Below, piece after piece: positions 31,556 through 44,583 of a stretch of 64,000 bases of DNA; position 1 is the first letter of the stretch; every line of letters begins with the position of its first letter. Under the pieces are notes generated by a model, which was not told where the DNA came from, did not search any database, and saw only the letters and a list, made by a program, of their open reading frames with translations. The DNA is from Prorocentrum cordatum (lineage: Eukaryota): NCBI GenBank assembly GCA_963575745.1, contig CAUYUJ010000255.1:1-64000 (forward strand). The letters are read 5' to 3'. The translations under genes and the position numbers were made by a program.

Positions 31556-32699
31556 AGGATGCGGAGCACAGCACCGTGAGCACGGCTTGACTGCGGATAC
31601 AAACAAGCATCCACACGGCCGAGGTGACAACGAGAGGCAGAAGGCACCGCACGGCCTCGAAACGGCTTCTCGAGCAGGCAGCTGCAGTGAGCTTGTGCGG
31701 TACGCGCCACAGCGGCAGCAAAGCACGAGAGAAGGACCAGAAAACAGGCGTGTGAATAACAAGTCAGGCCCCTTCCCTTCTTCATCACTTGGAAATTTGA
31801 AACTAGCCCGACGGTCAAGACACCCTGACGTGTCGAGCCTACCGACACACATCCTGACGACACGGGTGCGACAGGCGTGGCATATGAACGTCCATGGGGC
31901 GCCTTGGGACAGCGGTCCACGCATGCCACCGCGCTTCTCCAGCGTATCTCGGCTTCGGGGCCCTAGGACTCGTAAGAAACTGGTAGAACGGGAAAGGCGA
32001 CAAGGCACTCCCCATCACCCGCGCAAGAATCCGCGCTTTCCCGAGCAAAGCGTCCAGATCGGCCAGGTCCGCAGAGTTCCAAGCGACATGGACGGACAAG
32101 ACCTCCTCAGCAGATTCGTCCGCCAAGAAACTTGCCCGAGCGATGCGGCGTTCCTCGCATGGGATCGCACGAATTACCTCACAACTTCGGTGCGTCTTAG
32201 TTTGGTGGGCCTCGCCCACATTCTGGGCACCTTCGCACAGCAAGAACCTCTCCTCCAGCTGGCATACTCTGCCTTGCTACGAATTCTGGTCAGGGGTCCT
32301 AATGTAAAGACGCACAACCCAAAGACAGCCTGAGTGAACCTGCGCAGGCTTTTGACAAGGCAGGCTAGCATGCATACTGCCATCTGCTCAACAGCTTGTA
32401 GAGTCTGAGGGGGGCTTAGCCAAACTGCCCTCGAAATCTCGCCACAACCTCGTCGGAACCTGATATCAGAAATTAGTCTGCTTCGATCTATCTCCACTGG
32501 AACCTTTGGCGTTTGATTCCAACGGTGCTCGGGCCCATTGGAACAATGTGCGCGTGGGCCGGTGGTGTCGGCCAGCGCGGCAGTCTGATTCGGTCGCAAG
32601 TTGCCGAACTCCTGAAATCGCACGGCACCAGAGCTCCAAAACGAGTGGCGCGGTACTGCAATACACGTCTTGAAAGAACCAGCGGGAGGAAGACAAGCA

Positions 32700-33090
<391 letters not shown>

Positions 33091-33339
33091 CAAACAAGAA
33101 GAGGCAGCAGCTGGCGTGACGTCGTGACGCTTGTCACGTGTGATACGCTGTCCAATCGGTTGTTGCTCCACCTGTTTGGTCCAATGGCCCAGGCTGACCT
33201 CGGCGCGCACGTCGCGTTTGATAATGTTACAGTAGGGTGTATTATGTCATAACGTTTCTCTTCAATTAAGGTTTTGCTGATCTGAAGTATGCACTTCTGC
33301 ACTGTCGCACCGTGTAATAACAAGATATGGCTTGTCAGT

Positions 33340-34800
33340 TTTCTATGGGTTGCTCAGTGATGCTGTGTACGTTATGATGAGTTAGTTTGATGCAGTATAT
33401 GATGCCCTGCTCTGTGATGGCATACCTCTTCACTGAAGCTGTAGTGTTTGGCGTTATGGCAAGCTCTCTGCCGTAGGGGCATCAGTAGTGAAAGAGATAT
33501 GCGATTGTCTTCTTGTTACGTTGTGCTCTGATCTCTGTGCACTGCGGTGTGCTATGTTCTGCTATTCTCTGCAATCTGGTAGAATCTACTAAAATGGATA
33601 TGTTCGGTGCCGTAGTGTACCAATGGTAAAACAGGTCCGGTACGCCGTGCTATGATCTGTGACGATCTACCCTACCATGCTTCCCTGTGTCATAGTATGC
33701 GCTGTTATTGTATGTTCTGCTCGATGCTGCGTTTTGTCATGCCCGTCTCTGTCAGGGCACGGTATTCGAGTACTTCATATTCCCTGCCATGTCATAATAT
33801 GGTATGCCGCGGTCCGTCAGGGCATGCGTGTCATGATTTGAAATGCTGCGTTCCTGGGTTATGTTCTGATCTGTTATGCCATTGTGTGAAATGTTCTGCC
33901 ATGTTCTCTTACGCTCTGGTCTGGTAAGCCCTGTATGTGTTGCTATGGTGTGTGGTGTCATGCTATGCGCTCCATGCTTCATGATGTCATTGCATGCGTT
34001 GTTATCGTGTGTCCCCTTAGGTATTGTCCTGGCATGCTATGACATAGTATGCGTTGCTATGTGATCGTGGTATGATGTACGATGGTATGCTATGCTATAA
34101 AGTGCAATGCCGGGGTCTGGCATGATATGATGAATCAGCGTACGAAGTGGTACGTGATGTGATGCTTTGGTACGGTGTGATATGTGCTGACACGGTGTGT
34201 TATGTGATGGTATGTTCTGACATGGCATGTTGTGATATGCTCGGTTAGGAGGTGTGCTGTTATGCTCTGCTATGTATCATCCAGTCTCCCATTCTCCCAT
34301 AGCTTACGATGCTGTGCTGAATTATGTTCTGGTATGGTGCCACATATTCTGCCGCACTCTGCCATGATAGGATTTGTCACCAGTGCTGCAATGCAATATG
34401 CCATGCTGAATGGGCTGTGATACAGTGTATGTTGTGGTGTGTTATGCCATGGTGTGTTATGGTATGCTCTGTTTCGTCATGTTATGATATGCTCTGCTCT
34501 GGTATGCAATGTATGCCCGAGTAGGCCACAGCAAGCGTTGTCATGCTGGGTTGTGTTACTATATGCCATGCCATGCTATGTGAGGCTGTGGCATATGATG
34601 TGATGGTATGTTCGCTCATGCGATGTGTTGTTATGGTATGCGTGTGTTGCTGGGCTATGGCATATGAAATGCTGCGATGCAGTGCAATGGTATGCACTGC
34701 TCTGTCATTGTGTGCTATGGTATGATATGCTATGTAAAACTATTGAGGAATGTTCGGATCTGTTCTGTTGGTGGTGTGCTGTTATGCTCTGTTCTGCCAC
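33340..34800. repeat. Degenerate 5-mer (TGCTA/TGTGA/TGGTA-like) AT-richer satellite
   Basis: Periodic atgct/atggt/atgtg motifs over ~1.4 kb. Confidence 0.7.
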
Positions 34801-36000
34801 ATGTTTTAATAGAGTGCTGCCTTGTGTATTGTTTTTGTTTGTTTTGAACATTCCGCCCTGTCAGTTGATGCTTTGCCGGCGCGAGGCGGAAAACTCGGGG
34901 ACACTCGGGGGATCTGGGGATCTGGCGGCCTCGGGTTGCAGAGTGGCGCGAGGCGACGACGACAACGGCGGCAGCGGCAGCTACGGAGGCGAATTACGTC
35001 CACCTAAGCTGGTGGTCGAATGGGTGTATGTTTTTGTTCTGCGCTGGCCTGTGCTGCGTGAGCATCGACGCCCGTGGGAAGGCAAGGCAGATCCATCATG
35101 GGCGGCCAAGCAATATCCTAGCTCCTAGCGGTCACTAGGCATCATTACTCCAAACAAGAAACCTGGTGGCTGGGCAAAACAAATTTCGCCTGCGGCGAAC
35201 CGGCATTGGCAGGTACGACCGGCTGAGGTCGGGCCTAACATATCCACCAGACGGAGATGCCCACCGACCGAACACAGGGTTTTTGCATGCGAATGCCGAT
35301 CACTGGAAGATGATTGCAAATTGTGCCGCAATCGAACCCCAAAACCGTACGAAGTCACAGAGAGCGAACCGCACGGGCGAAGGCAGTGCCACTCGCCCAA
35401 GGATCCCCCTGCGAACTCCTTCCTCCTCCCCCGCCCCCTCCCCTCCTCCTCCTCCTCGTCCTCCTCCTCGTCCTGCTCCTGCTCCTCCTCCTCCTCCTCC
35501 TCCTCCTCCAGGAAACCAAGCATATACCCAAATGTACGAGGTCATCAGAGCGCTGTTGCGAACGCGATGGCTTCCCCCCAAAAAAAAACAAAACGCTTCC
35601 GATAGAAACCTGGTGCTCCCAGGAGAAGCGACAGCGACGAAGGGCGGCCCCGACCTCTCTCCCCGGGCGCGCTCCGACGTGAACTTCTGGTCGGATCCAG
35701 CCGCGGCGGCAGGAGGCCTTCTCCTCCTCCTCCTCCTCCTTCCTCCTCCCTCCTCCTCCTCCTCCTCCTCCTCCTCCTCCTCCTCCTCCTCCTCCCCCTC
35801 CTCCTTCTCCTCTCCTCTCCTCCTCCTCCTCCTCCTCCTCCTCCTCCTCCTCCTCCTCCTCCTCCCCCTCCTCCCCTCCTAAGGCCCAAAGACGGCGAAT
35901 CGCGTCGACACCGCCCTCGCCGTCGACGAGACGACGGCGGCGAGGACGAAGCCGCAGCCGTCCTGCGGCGGCGTGGGCTGCGAATCGCGTCGACACCGCT

Positions 36001-36214
36001 CTCGCCTCGCCCTCGGCGACACGACGGCGGCGAGGACGAGGCCGCCCGGCGGCGGCGTCGACGGCGAATCGCGGTGGCAGCGTCCTCGCCCCCGACGACA
36101 CGACGCCGCCGTCGTGTCGTCGAGGGCGACGGCTCTGCCGACGCGATTCGCCGTCGACGCCGCCGCCGGGCGGCCTCGTCCTCGCCGCCGTCGTGTCGCC
36201 GAGGGCGAGGCGAG
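36001..36214. repeat. Perfect 73-bp inverted repeat with nested internal hairpin
   Basis: 36001-36073 is the exact reverse complement of 36142-36214; the loop contains cgacgacacgacg-ccgc-cgtcgtgtcgtcg. Confidence 0.9.
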
Positions 36215-36445
36215 GCCGGCGAGGACGAAGCCGTGCGACGGCGGCACGAAGGGGCGCGGACGGCCGGGCCGGGCGGGCGGCGCCCGGACGGCCTCCGCCA
36301 CGCGTCGAGGGTGCCGCGGCCTCGGCAGCGCCGTCGTCACCGTCCCGAGAGAGAGAGAGAGAGAGAAAAACATACATATATACACATATATACATCTATA
36401 CTGCATGTAAACATATAGAGAGAGAGTGAGATATAGAGAGAGGAG

Positions 36446-36481
<36 letters not shown>

Positions 36482-39400
36482 AGAAAGAGAAAAAAAAAAA
36501 AAGGAAAGAGAGAGAAAGAGAGGGATAAATATGCAAAGGGAGAGACATGGGCGCACAGGATCAGTAGGAGGAGGAGGACGCGGAGGAGAACCTCCAGACA
36601 TGTGACGCCTCTCCCACGTCGGGGCACTCGTGGAGGGCCCTCGACTCGCCGCCACGGCTGCATCTGCCTCACACCTCTCGCCAGACCGCAGAGCCGCGGG
36701 GGCGAGATCGTGACTGGAGGGGGAGGAAGACGAGGAGGAGGAGGAAGAGGAGGAGGGGGAGGAGGAGGAGGGGGAGGAGGAGGAGGAGGAGGGAGGAGGA
36801 GGGGGAGGGGAAGGAGCAGCAGGAGGAGGATCGGCGTGGAGGTCGAGAGGGGGGGGGGCCGAGGGCAGAGGGCCGGCGCGGAGAGCCCGCCGGGGGAGCC
36901 CGGGCACGGGGCCGAGGTCCAGACGGAGGCCCAGGTGGAGGTCGGAGAGAAGGTTTGAGCAGGGACCGACCGTCCCGGCATTCCTATAATGTGGGGTGAC
37001 GATTAAGAAAAAAAGGAGGGGGGAACGATGAAGAAAATAGTTTCCCACACCGGGGGGGGACGCTCAGAAGCAGGGCTCGCCTGTGCGGTGTTTCGTCACC
37101 GGGGGGGGCGCGCGCCCGAGGACGGCGGGGGGGGGACGATTAAAAAAATAGTTTCCCAGCCCGGGGCCGGTTTTTTCCAATCATCATCCTGGGCGCCGCC
37201 GCAAGAACACGACCCCCGGTAATTTTTCAATCATCATCCTCCATTAGTCATACCACCAAATGTTCTTAGAACCCAGAGATGTTCTAAGAACAAAAACAAG
37301 CTTCTTAGAACATAACCCCCGATGTGACCAAAACGAGACAGACTCCGCCGGAACTGCTCTGAGAACATTTCGTGGGGACCACAAGAGGTTCTCAGAACAC
37401 TGCTTGGTGGGGCGATAGGCGAGCCGGGACGCCTTGCCACTGCTTGAAAGGTCGACAACCACCAGGCAAACGCTTCCCCGAGCGTCTGCCCCTGGGGGAA
37501 TGGGGTCCTGGGGCCAGGCAGCTGGGATCCCGGACGCTGGCGCCAGGGTATGGCCCCCCATCTCCTTGAAGTTACCAGCCTGGAACATATCCCTATCCTC
37601 GCCCTTCTCTTCCACCTTCTTCTCGTCACCCTCGTCCTTCACATCATCATTTTTTCTGCCGGGTGCTAAAGACATCGTTCGGCGAAAATGGCCCCTCGGA
37701 ATATTGAATAAAATTGCGGTGCTAAGATATCCCCCGGGGGGGTCTTAATTGCTTCTTCGGGTTATGCTGGGCACCTCCTCATCACGATGCCAATCTTAGG
37801 GATTCCCTTATTTTTTGATGGCAATCCCTAAGATTGTCATCGCCTTCTGGCGTGTCAATCTTAGGGAATAGGGATACGTTCGAGGCTGGTAATGAAGCAC
37901 GCCCTGCCCGTGGATGGGGTAGCACCACCACCCCGCCCCACGGACACGGCGGCACACCTTGCACCGACTACCGCTCGGAGTGGTCAGACAGCTGCGAGAG
38001 ACGAGGTGTGGGTTTGTCTTCTGGCATTGTGTCCGCTCGCATCTTGAATCGAGACGCTCAAGACGGATTCTGGGTAACGCTGCAGCAGATCAAGAGGCTG
38101 AAGCTGCGTGCAGCAGCAACTCAAACCACAATTCGCCGGCCCAACGGGCCAGATGCGTGCTAAGATCTCCGGTAACTGCTTTAGAGTATTTCTGTTTCGC
38201 GCGCGAGGGGCGGCCCCTGGGGGTCCCCGGAGGAAAAGTACCCCGGCAGGATCGGATCAGAGATGGTTTTCCGTCTGGGCGCCGCCCTCGAGACCCTCCA
38301 GAGAGCCCCAAGAAGGGTCAAGAGGCCTCCAAGAGGCCTCCAAGATGTTACAAGAGGGCTCGAAGATGCCACAAGGTCGCTCCAAGACGCCCAAGATTGC
38401 CCCCAGACGCCCCAAGAGGCCTCCAAGAGCACTCTCAAGAGGGCCCAAGATGCAACAATCATTGCTTTTCCTTCGATTTTGGAATGATTCTGGTGTTTCC
38501 ACCTTTTCGGCTTCCCGACGCCCCAAGACCGCCCAAGAAGCCCCCAAGATCGCCCCAAGACGGCCCAAGAGGGCCCCAAGAGGGCCCCAAGACGGCCCAA
38601 GAGGGCCCCAAGACAGCCCAATGGGGACCCTAGAGCACCCCAAGACGGCCCAAGAGGGCCCCAAGAGGGCCCCAAGACGGCCCAAGAGGGCCCCAAGACG
38701 GCCAAAGAGGCCTCCAAGACGGCCCAATGGGGCCCCTAGAGCGCCCCAAGAGCGGCCCCAGAGGGGGAGCACGAAACAACATTTCGAGCCCTCGGTCCTG
38801 AAAGGCCTCCAGGAAGCCCCAAAACGCCCCTGAGAGGCCCCAAGAGGCCCCCAAGAGCTCTCAGGAGGCCCCCAAGACGCCCTCAAGAGGCCCCCAAGAG
38901 GCTCTAAGAGGCACCTTGGAGGCCCTAGGAGGCCCCCAAGAGTCCCCCACGGGCCGGCGGAATGAGCGAAGCGATTCGATAATCAGACCACACGCGTGCA
39001 CATTTGGCCAAAAGAAGAAGCATCCCTCATCCGTCACAGATGCTCGAGGGCAACGCTCGACGCCACTCGGAAGAAGAAAGACCCCAGCCGGACCGTGTGA
39101 AGCAGAGGAACCCCCCTAGGGGACTCTGAGGGCGACCCACTCCCTCCCAGTCGTCGTCCTGGCCACTCACACCTCCGTATGAAGGGCGGGAGAATGCGTT
39201 CGCGGAGCTGCAGCCCGGGCTCCAACTTAGGTCGATCCTTCTGGGTCGATCTGTCTAGGCTATTACTGGAAGAAGTGAACGGAGGCGGGCGGGCTGCATT
39301 CTCTCCCTGAAGAGGTTCGCCTTCACTTGGCTGGTGGGTGCGTTGGCAACTCGCACCAGGCGAAGGGGGAGTCAGGTTTCAACGTGTGGTTGCGCATGCT

Positions 39401-39883
39401 TCTTTGGAGTCGGGCAGTGCCTCAGCCATTGCTGCCGCTGGGGTCCTATGACGCAGTTCTCGCCTCACCCTCTCACCCTTGCACCCCGCCTCCTCCTCTC
39501 CCTTCTCCGCCTCTTCTCAATCCTGCTCCCACCTCTCCTCCTACCCGTCTCCCTGCGCTCTCTCGCATTTTGTGGGCCCCGGAAACGGCAGGGCCGTTTT
39601 TTTCACCGTTTCCAAAAAAAGTCCCTTGAAAATGAAAACGGCAAAGAAACGGCGACCGGAAACGGCAAAAAAACGGCTCCAGGATTGGAGCCGGAGCCGA
39701 ACCAGTCAAACAACGGCGACGGAACCGGTAACAATTATCCCGGCAAAGCAACCTAACAGCGATGTGTAGGAGCATATCTGGAAGCATCCCCCTTAAGATT
39801 CAGATGAGAATCCAGTTGTAGAGTTCTGCTGTTCTCGCAGTCGTAGTCGCATTCGCGATGACAGTCGCAGTGGCCTGCATTAT

Positions 39884-40190
39884 CCTCAGCCTCAGCCTCA
39901 GCCTGCCTCAGCATCAGCCTCAGCCTCAGCTTCAGCCTGGCCCGAGCTCAGCCTCAGCCTCAGCCTGCCTCAGCCTCAGCCTCAGCCTGCCTCAGCCTCA
40001 GCCTGCCTCAGCCTCAGCCTCAGCCTGCTTCAGCCTCAGGCTCAGTCTGCCTTCAGCCTCGGCCTCAGCCTCAGCCTGCCTCAGCCTCAGCCTGCATCAG
40101 CCTCAGCCTCAGCCTCAGCCTGCCTCAGCATCAGCCTGCCTCAGCCTCAGCCTCAGCCTCAGCCTGCTTCAGCCTCAGCCTCAGCCTGCT
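39884..40190. repeat. (CTCAGC)n hexamer satellite
   Basis: Direct inspection. Confidence 0.95.
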
Positions 40191-40199
40191 TCAAGGGCC

Positions 40200-40299
40200 N
40201 NNNNNNNNNNNNNNNNNNNNNNNNNNNNNNNNNNNNNNNNNNNNNNNNNNNNNNNNNNNNNNNNNNNNNNNNNNNNNNNNNNNNNNNNNNNNNNNNNNN
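40200..40299. other. Assembly gap (100 N)
   Basis: Run of n between two satellites. Confidence 0.99.
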
Positions 40300-40982
40300 G
40301 TGGTCGTGCTGGGGCGTGGTCGTGCTGGGGCGTGGTCGTGCTGGTGCGTGGTCGTGCTGGGGTGTGGTCGTGCTGTGGTGAGGTCGTGCTGGGGTGTGGT
40401 CGTGCTGGGGTGTGGTCTTGCTGGGGCGTGCTCGTGCTGCGGTCGGGTCGTGCTGGGGTGTGGTCGTGCTGGGGTATGGTCGTGCTGGGGTGGGGTCGTG
40501 CTGGGGTGTGGTCGTGCTGGGGTCTGGTCGTGCTGGGGTGTGGTCGTGCTGGGGTATGGTCGTGCTAGGGTGGGGTCGTGCAATTCGCTCGAGACATCCT
40601 GCCAAAATTCCAGGAAATCGTACAAAAACAAAGGAATTAGTCGAGACATCATCGAAATTCCTTCGCGCGGGGCGCTTTTCCGCGTCGCGGTCGGCTCTGC
40701 AAAACAAGCGTTTCGCTCGAGACATCCTCGGCAAAATCTGCGGAGCAAGCGTTTCGCTCGAGACATCCTCAACACACGAAAAAGTGGCCCGCACCCTGTG
40801 ATTTATCGATCGGGATTTCAAAAACAAGCGTTTCGCTCGAGACATCCTCAAATTTTAATCCGCCGGCCTCCTTCGACCTCGATATTTATCAGGGAAAAAA
40901 TCCGCCGGCCTCCTTCAAGTTGGCACCGGGGGACAGGTTTACCAACTAAAAGAGAACCCTGGGCCCCAGCCCTTTCCGGGAA
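40300..40982. repeat. 16-bp satellite (TGGTCGTGCTGGGGTG)n plus adjoining conserved ~400-bp module, copy 1
   Basis: Satellite 40300-40580; module with repeated cgtttcgctcgagacatcct, ending aaagagaaccctgggc..cctttccgggaa; homologous to 47709-49112. Confidence 0.85.
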
Positions 40983-41262
40983 CATTGGAGGTGATTACAC
41001 ATCCGGTGTCGATTCGTTGATTTTTGGGGCCGCAGAAAGCCCCCCCCTTTTGGGCGGCGTCCCGTCTTCGTCGCCGGTCGTCCTCATCGTCGTCGTCGTC
41101 GTCGTCGCCGCCGTCGTCGTCGTCGTCGTGGTTGTCGTCGTCGTCGTCTTCGTCGTCGTCTTCGTTTTCATCGCGCCGTCGTCCTCCTCCTTTCCCTCTT
41201 AGGTAACAGGGTCAGATGCGAAGCCCGATTCGGTGAGAGGACAATGAAGTAGCTCAATGGGA

Positions 41263-41320
41263 AGGTATGGGAGGGAGGGGTAGGATGTCAGATGTTGACG
41301 CGAGCGCACCTAGCTTGCCT
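41263..41320. repeat. ~60-70-bp dispersed motif, three copies (also ~42084-42155, ~44787-44860)
   Basis: atgggagggaggggtagga(t/c)gtcagat(a/g)tgacgcgagcgcacctagcttgcc. Confidence 0.85.
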
Positions 41321-42426
41321 CCCTCCCCTCCCCTCCTCTCCCTCCCCTCCCCGCCTTTCCCCCCCCCTCCCCTCCCCTCCTCCCCTGCGCAGGTGGGCGG
41401 GGCGGCGCCGCCACACTCCTGCCCCTCTACAATTACACAATATGAAAATACTCTCCCACTTCCCCTGATGGCGTCCGGAAGATATTCGGCACCCCCCCGC
41501 GTACTGTTTTTTTACACACAGGATTCCCCCGGACAAAAAAAGTTGTGTTTTTCGCCTTGTGTTTTTTTTAAAAATGCTGCGCTCGAGCTCGCTTGAGGCG
41601 CCGGCCTCATTTCTGCTCCGAATCGTTCCGAATCGTGCTCCCGCTGCAGCGTGGGCCTCATTTTCGGATCGGTGTTTGGCCTCCGTCGTTCAGGATGGCG
41701 TTCTCGCCCCAGCGCGGGCCTCTTTCTCGCGCGCCCATCCGCCCGCCAACACCGCGCCGCACCACCACCACCACCACCACCACCACCACCACCACCACCA
41801 CCACCACCACACCAGCACCATGAGGGCATCACCGAAGCGACCACACCAGTCAGCCAGCACAAGCATCATCACCATCCCGCAGCACCGGATTCGTTAAGAA
41901 ACACCACCACCACCACCAGCACACCCAGCAGCAGCAGCACCACCACCACCACCACCACCACCACCACCACACCACCACAACCACGCACACAAGCACGCAC
42001 GCACGCGCACCACCACCCACTACGCACGCGCGCGCGGAGCCACAGGTCCGCTACGACACGCGTCCGCGGATAGAGAAAATCAGCGCCATGGAAAGGGATG
42101 GGAGGGAGGGGTAGGACGTCAGATATGACGCGAGCGCACCTAGCTTGCCCCCCCCCCTCTCTCCCTTCCTTCCCCTCCTTCCCCTCCCCTCCTTCCCCCT
42201 CCGCGTCCCCCTCCAGTCCTTCCCTCTCCCCTCCTTCCCCCCTCCTTCCCCCTCCACGGGCGGGACAATTTCAAGCAGGACGCCCTGTTTATAGCGAGCC
42301 AGCGCGCGCGAGCCCTGCCAGGGGGCGGGTCGGGCTGGGCGGGCGGACCCCAGCGGGCGAGTCGGGCCGGGCGGGCGGACCTTCCTCTCCTCCTCCTCCT
42401 CCTCCTCCTCCTCCTCCTCCTCCTCC

Positions 42427-42427
<1 letters not shown>

Positions 42428-42460
<33 letters not shown>

Positions 42461-42643
42461 GATCATCATGAGTATAACATCAGCCAGCATCAGCATCAAT
42501 CATCATCTCATATCATCCTCATCATCATCATCAGCAACAGCATCATCATCCATCATCATCAGCGCACGATCACTCACCATCAGCACTCATCATCACCACC
42601 ATCATCATCATCATCACGTCGTCATCATCACCACCACCAACAG

Positions 42644-42675
<32 letters not shown>

Positions 42676-42678
42676 ATC

Positions 42679-42760
<82 letters not shown>
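42428..42760. repeat. (CAT)n microsatellite
   Basis: Direct inspection. Confidence 0.9.
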
Positions 42761-42763
<3 letters not shown>

Positions 42764-42976
42764 CGCCTCCTCCTCCTCCTCCGCCGCCTCCTCCTCCTCC
42801 TCCTCCTGGGGGGGGGGAGCGGATGCCACCACGCTCGAGGCAGAGGCGTTCCGCCGCCAGCCACTAGCAGTTTGTGTTTTGCGCGGCGGCGGAAAGGGAG
42901 GAGAGGGAGAGAAGAAGGAGCAACCAGACGGCGGCGAACGCGCAGGCGGGAGGCCAAGGAATAGGGTAACGAAGAC

Positions 42977-43081
42977 TGACATAAACATTAAAACTCGGAG
43001 GTCCGCGCGGATTCCTCGGATCCGCGCTGGACCCCCTCCCGAGAAATCCGCGCAGACCTCCGAGTTTTTATGTTTATGTCA
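42977..43081. repeat. ~37-bp-arm foldback element; related copy at ~49441-49510
   Basis: tgacataaacattaaaactcggaggtccgcgcggatt pairs with aatccgcgcagacctccgagtttttatgtttatgtca. Confidence 0.85.
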
Positions 43082-44435
43082 TTTTTCGATCCCCTCGGGA
43101 AGGCGGGACGAAGCACGCGGGCGGGCGGGCGCGTGATACCCATGAGCCAGAACTGACCGGAGACTCGGGCAGCTGACCCCGTCGCCCTGGACCACACACC
43201 TTTACCCAACCTTCGGAAGTGCGGAAGCGGAGGGGGGGCGAGGGGGGGAAGAGCAGGCGGCACCCGGGAGGCGGACGGGAAGGGAAGACGCCAGGCGGCC
43301 TCTGCTGTCCCTCTGCTAGGGCTGGACCCTTCACACTTAGGCAGGTTTGCCTCAATCTCTCTTGGGGCGTACCTTAGTGCATCTGGGTCTGCACCGGGTT
43401 CGTCGACCCACATGGACCTCCCGGGATCCATCCCCGCTGGTCCACTTGAAGGGTCGCCGAAACCCTGGGGACATGGGGCGGCCTCCTGCTAGGAGCGAGG
43501 CTCGAATTCCTCGACTTTCTCGGCCCTGTTTGAAACGCCGGAGGGCTCTGGAGGTCTCCGCGGACCCCAGGGGACCCCTGGAGACAATTTGGTACGGTAC
43601 CCAGACCTCTTCCAAAGCGATGACACCTACTTCTGCCGGAATACATTGCACATGTTCGGCGTCTGGAGACCGCTCCTGGGCCCCGAGCCAACGACACGAA
43701 CACAGTGAGGACTGGGGACCAGTGCCTCGGAACAAATCAAGTCGTCGAATGTCTCGGTCGAGGGGGATTGGTAACAAAACAGGGCTAGGATCGGGATAAG
43801 TCGCTCCAGAGCGGTCCGGAGAGCTCTCAGAGCGTTCCGGAACGCTCTGGAGCGGCCGCGGCGCCCGATACATCCTCCAAACCCGCCGATTCTCCGAGAT
43901 TTCGAGTTCTCCCGATCCGATTTTGTCCCGATCTTCGCGTCGTTTGATAAGCTGTCGGGGGTGTCCGAAGGATCGGAGCGGATCCCTCAAGCAACGCTCG
44001 GCAGCGCCCGGCTGTGGCGACGAGGCGGTTCGCCGACGCGTCTGGATCAGACCCCATCGCTGCCAGCACCGAACATCAAGGAGGAGGAGGAGGAGGAGGA
44101 GGAGGAGGAGGAGACACCAAGCAGGAGGAGGAACCACGGAGGAGGAGGAGGAGGAGGAGGAGGAGGAGGAGGAGGAGGAGGAGGAGGAGGAGGAGGAGAA
44201 GGAGGACGATGATGGCGACGACGAGGATCACCCCTGGCCCTGGACAGCGGTTCTGGCGACGACCACGACGGCGGCGCCGCCGACAGCGGGTGGCATCGGG
44301 AGGTCTGCGGAGGCCCCCCCCGCGGAGGCCCCCGCGATGGGCCCCCGCGGAGGCCCCCGCGGGCCCCCAGAGAGGTCGCCGGCGTCGAGCAGCGGGGCCT
44401 CCCCCCCGAGGTCCTCGGAGCACGGAGGCGACGGA

Positions 44436-44583
44436 GGGGAGCAGACCTGGGTGGGAGATGGCGAAACGACGGTGATCAGTAGAACGGAACTCCCCCCTCC
44501 CTCCGTCGAGCAGCAGGGGAGCAGACCTGGGTGGGAGATGGCGAAACGACGGTGATCAGTGGAACGGAGCTCCCCCCTCCCTC
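44436..44583. repeat. 80-bp-period tandem duplication
   Basis: ggggagcagacctgggtgggagatggcgaaacgacggtgatcagt occurs twice. Confidence 0.9.

Noticed and set aside
40581..40860. Regularly recurring CGTTTCGCTCGAGACATCCT boxes resembling a CRISPR array
   Set aside because: Spacing is irregular, the intervening sequences recur in the second copy at 48590-48980, there are no cas genes, and the context is eukaryotic.
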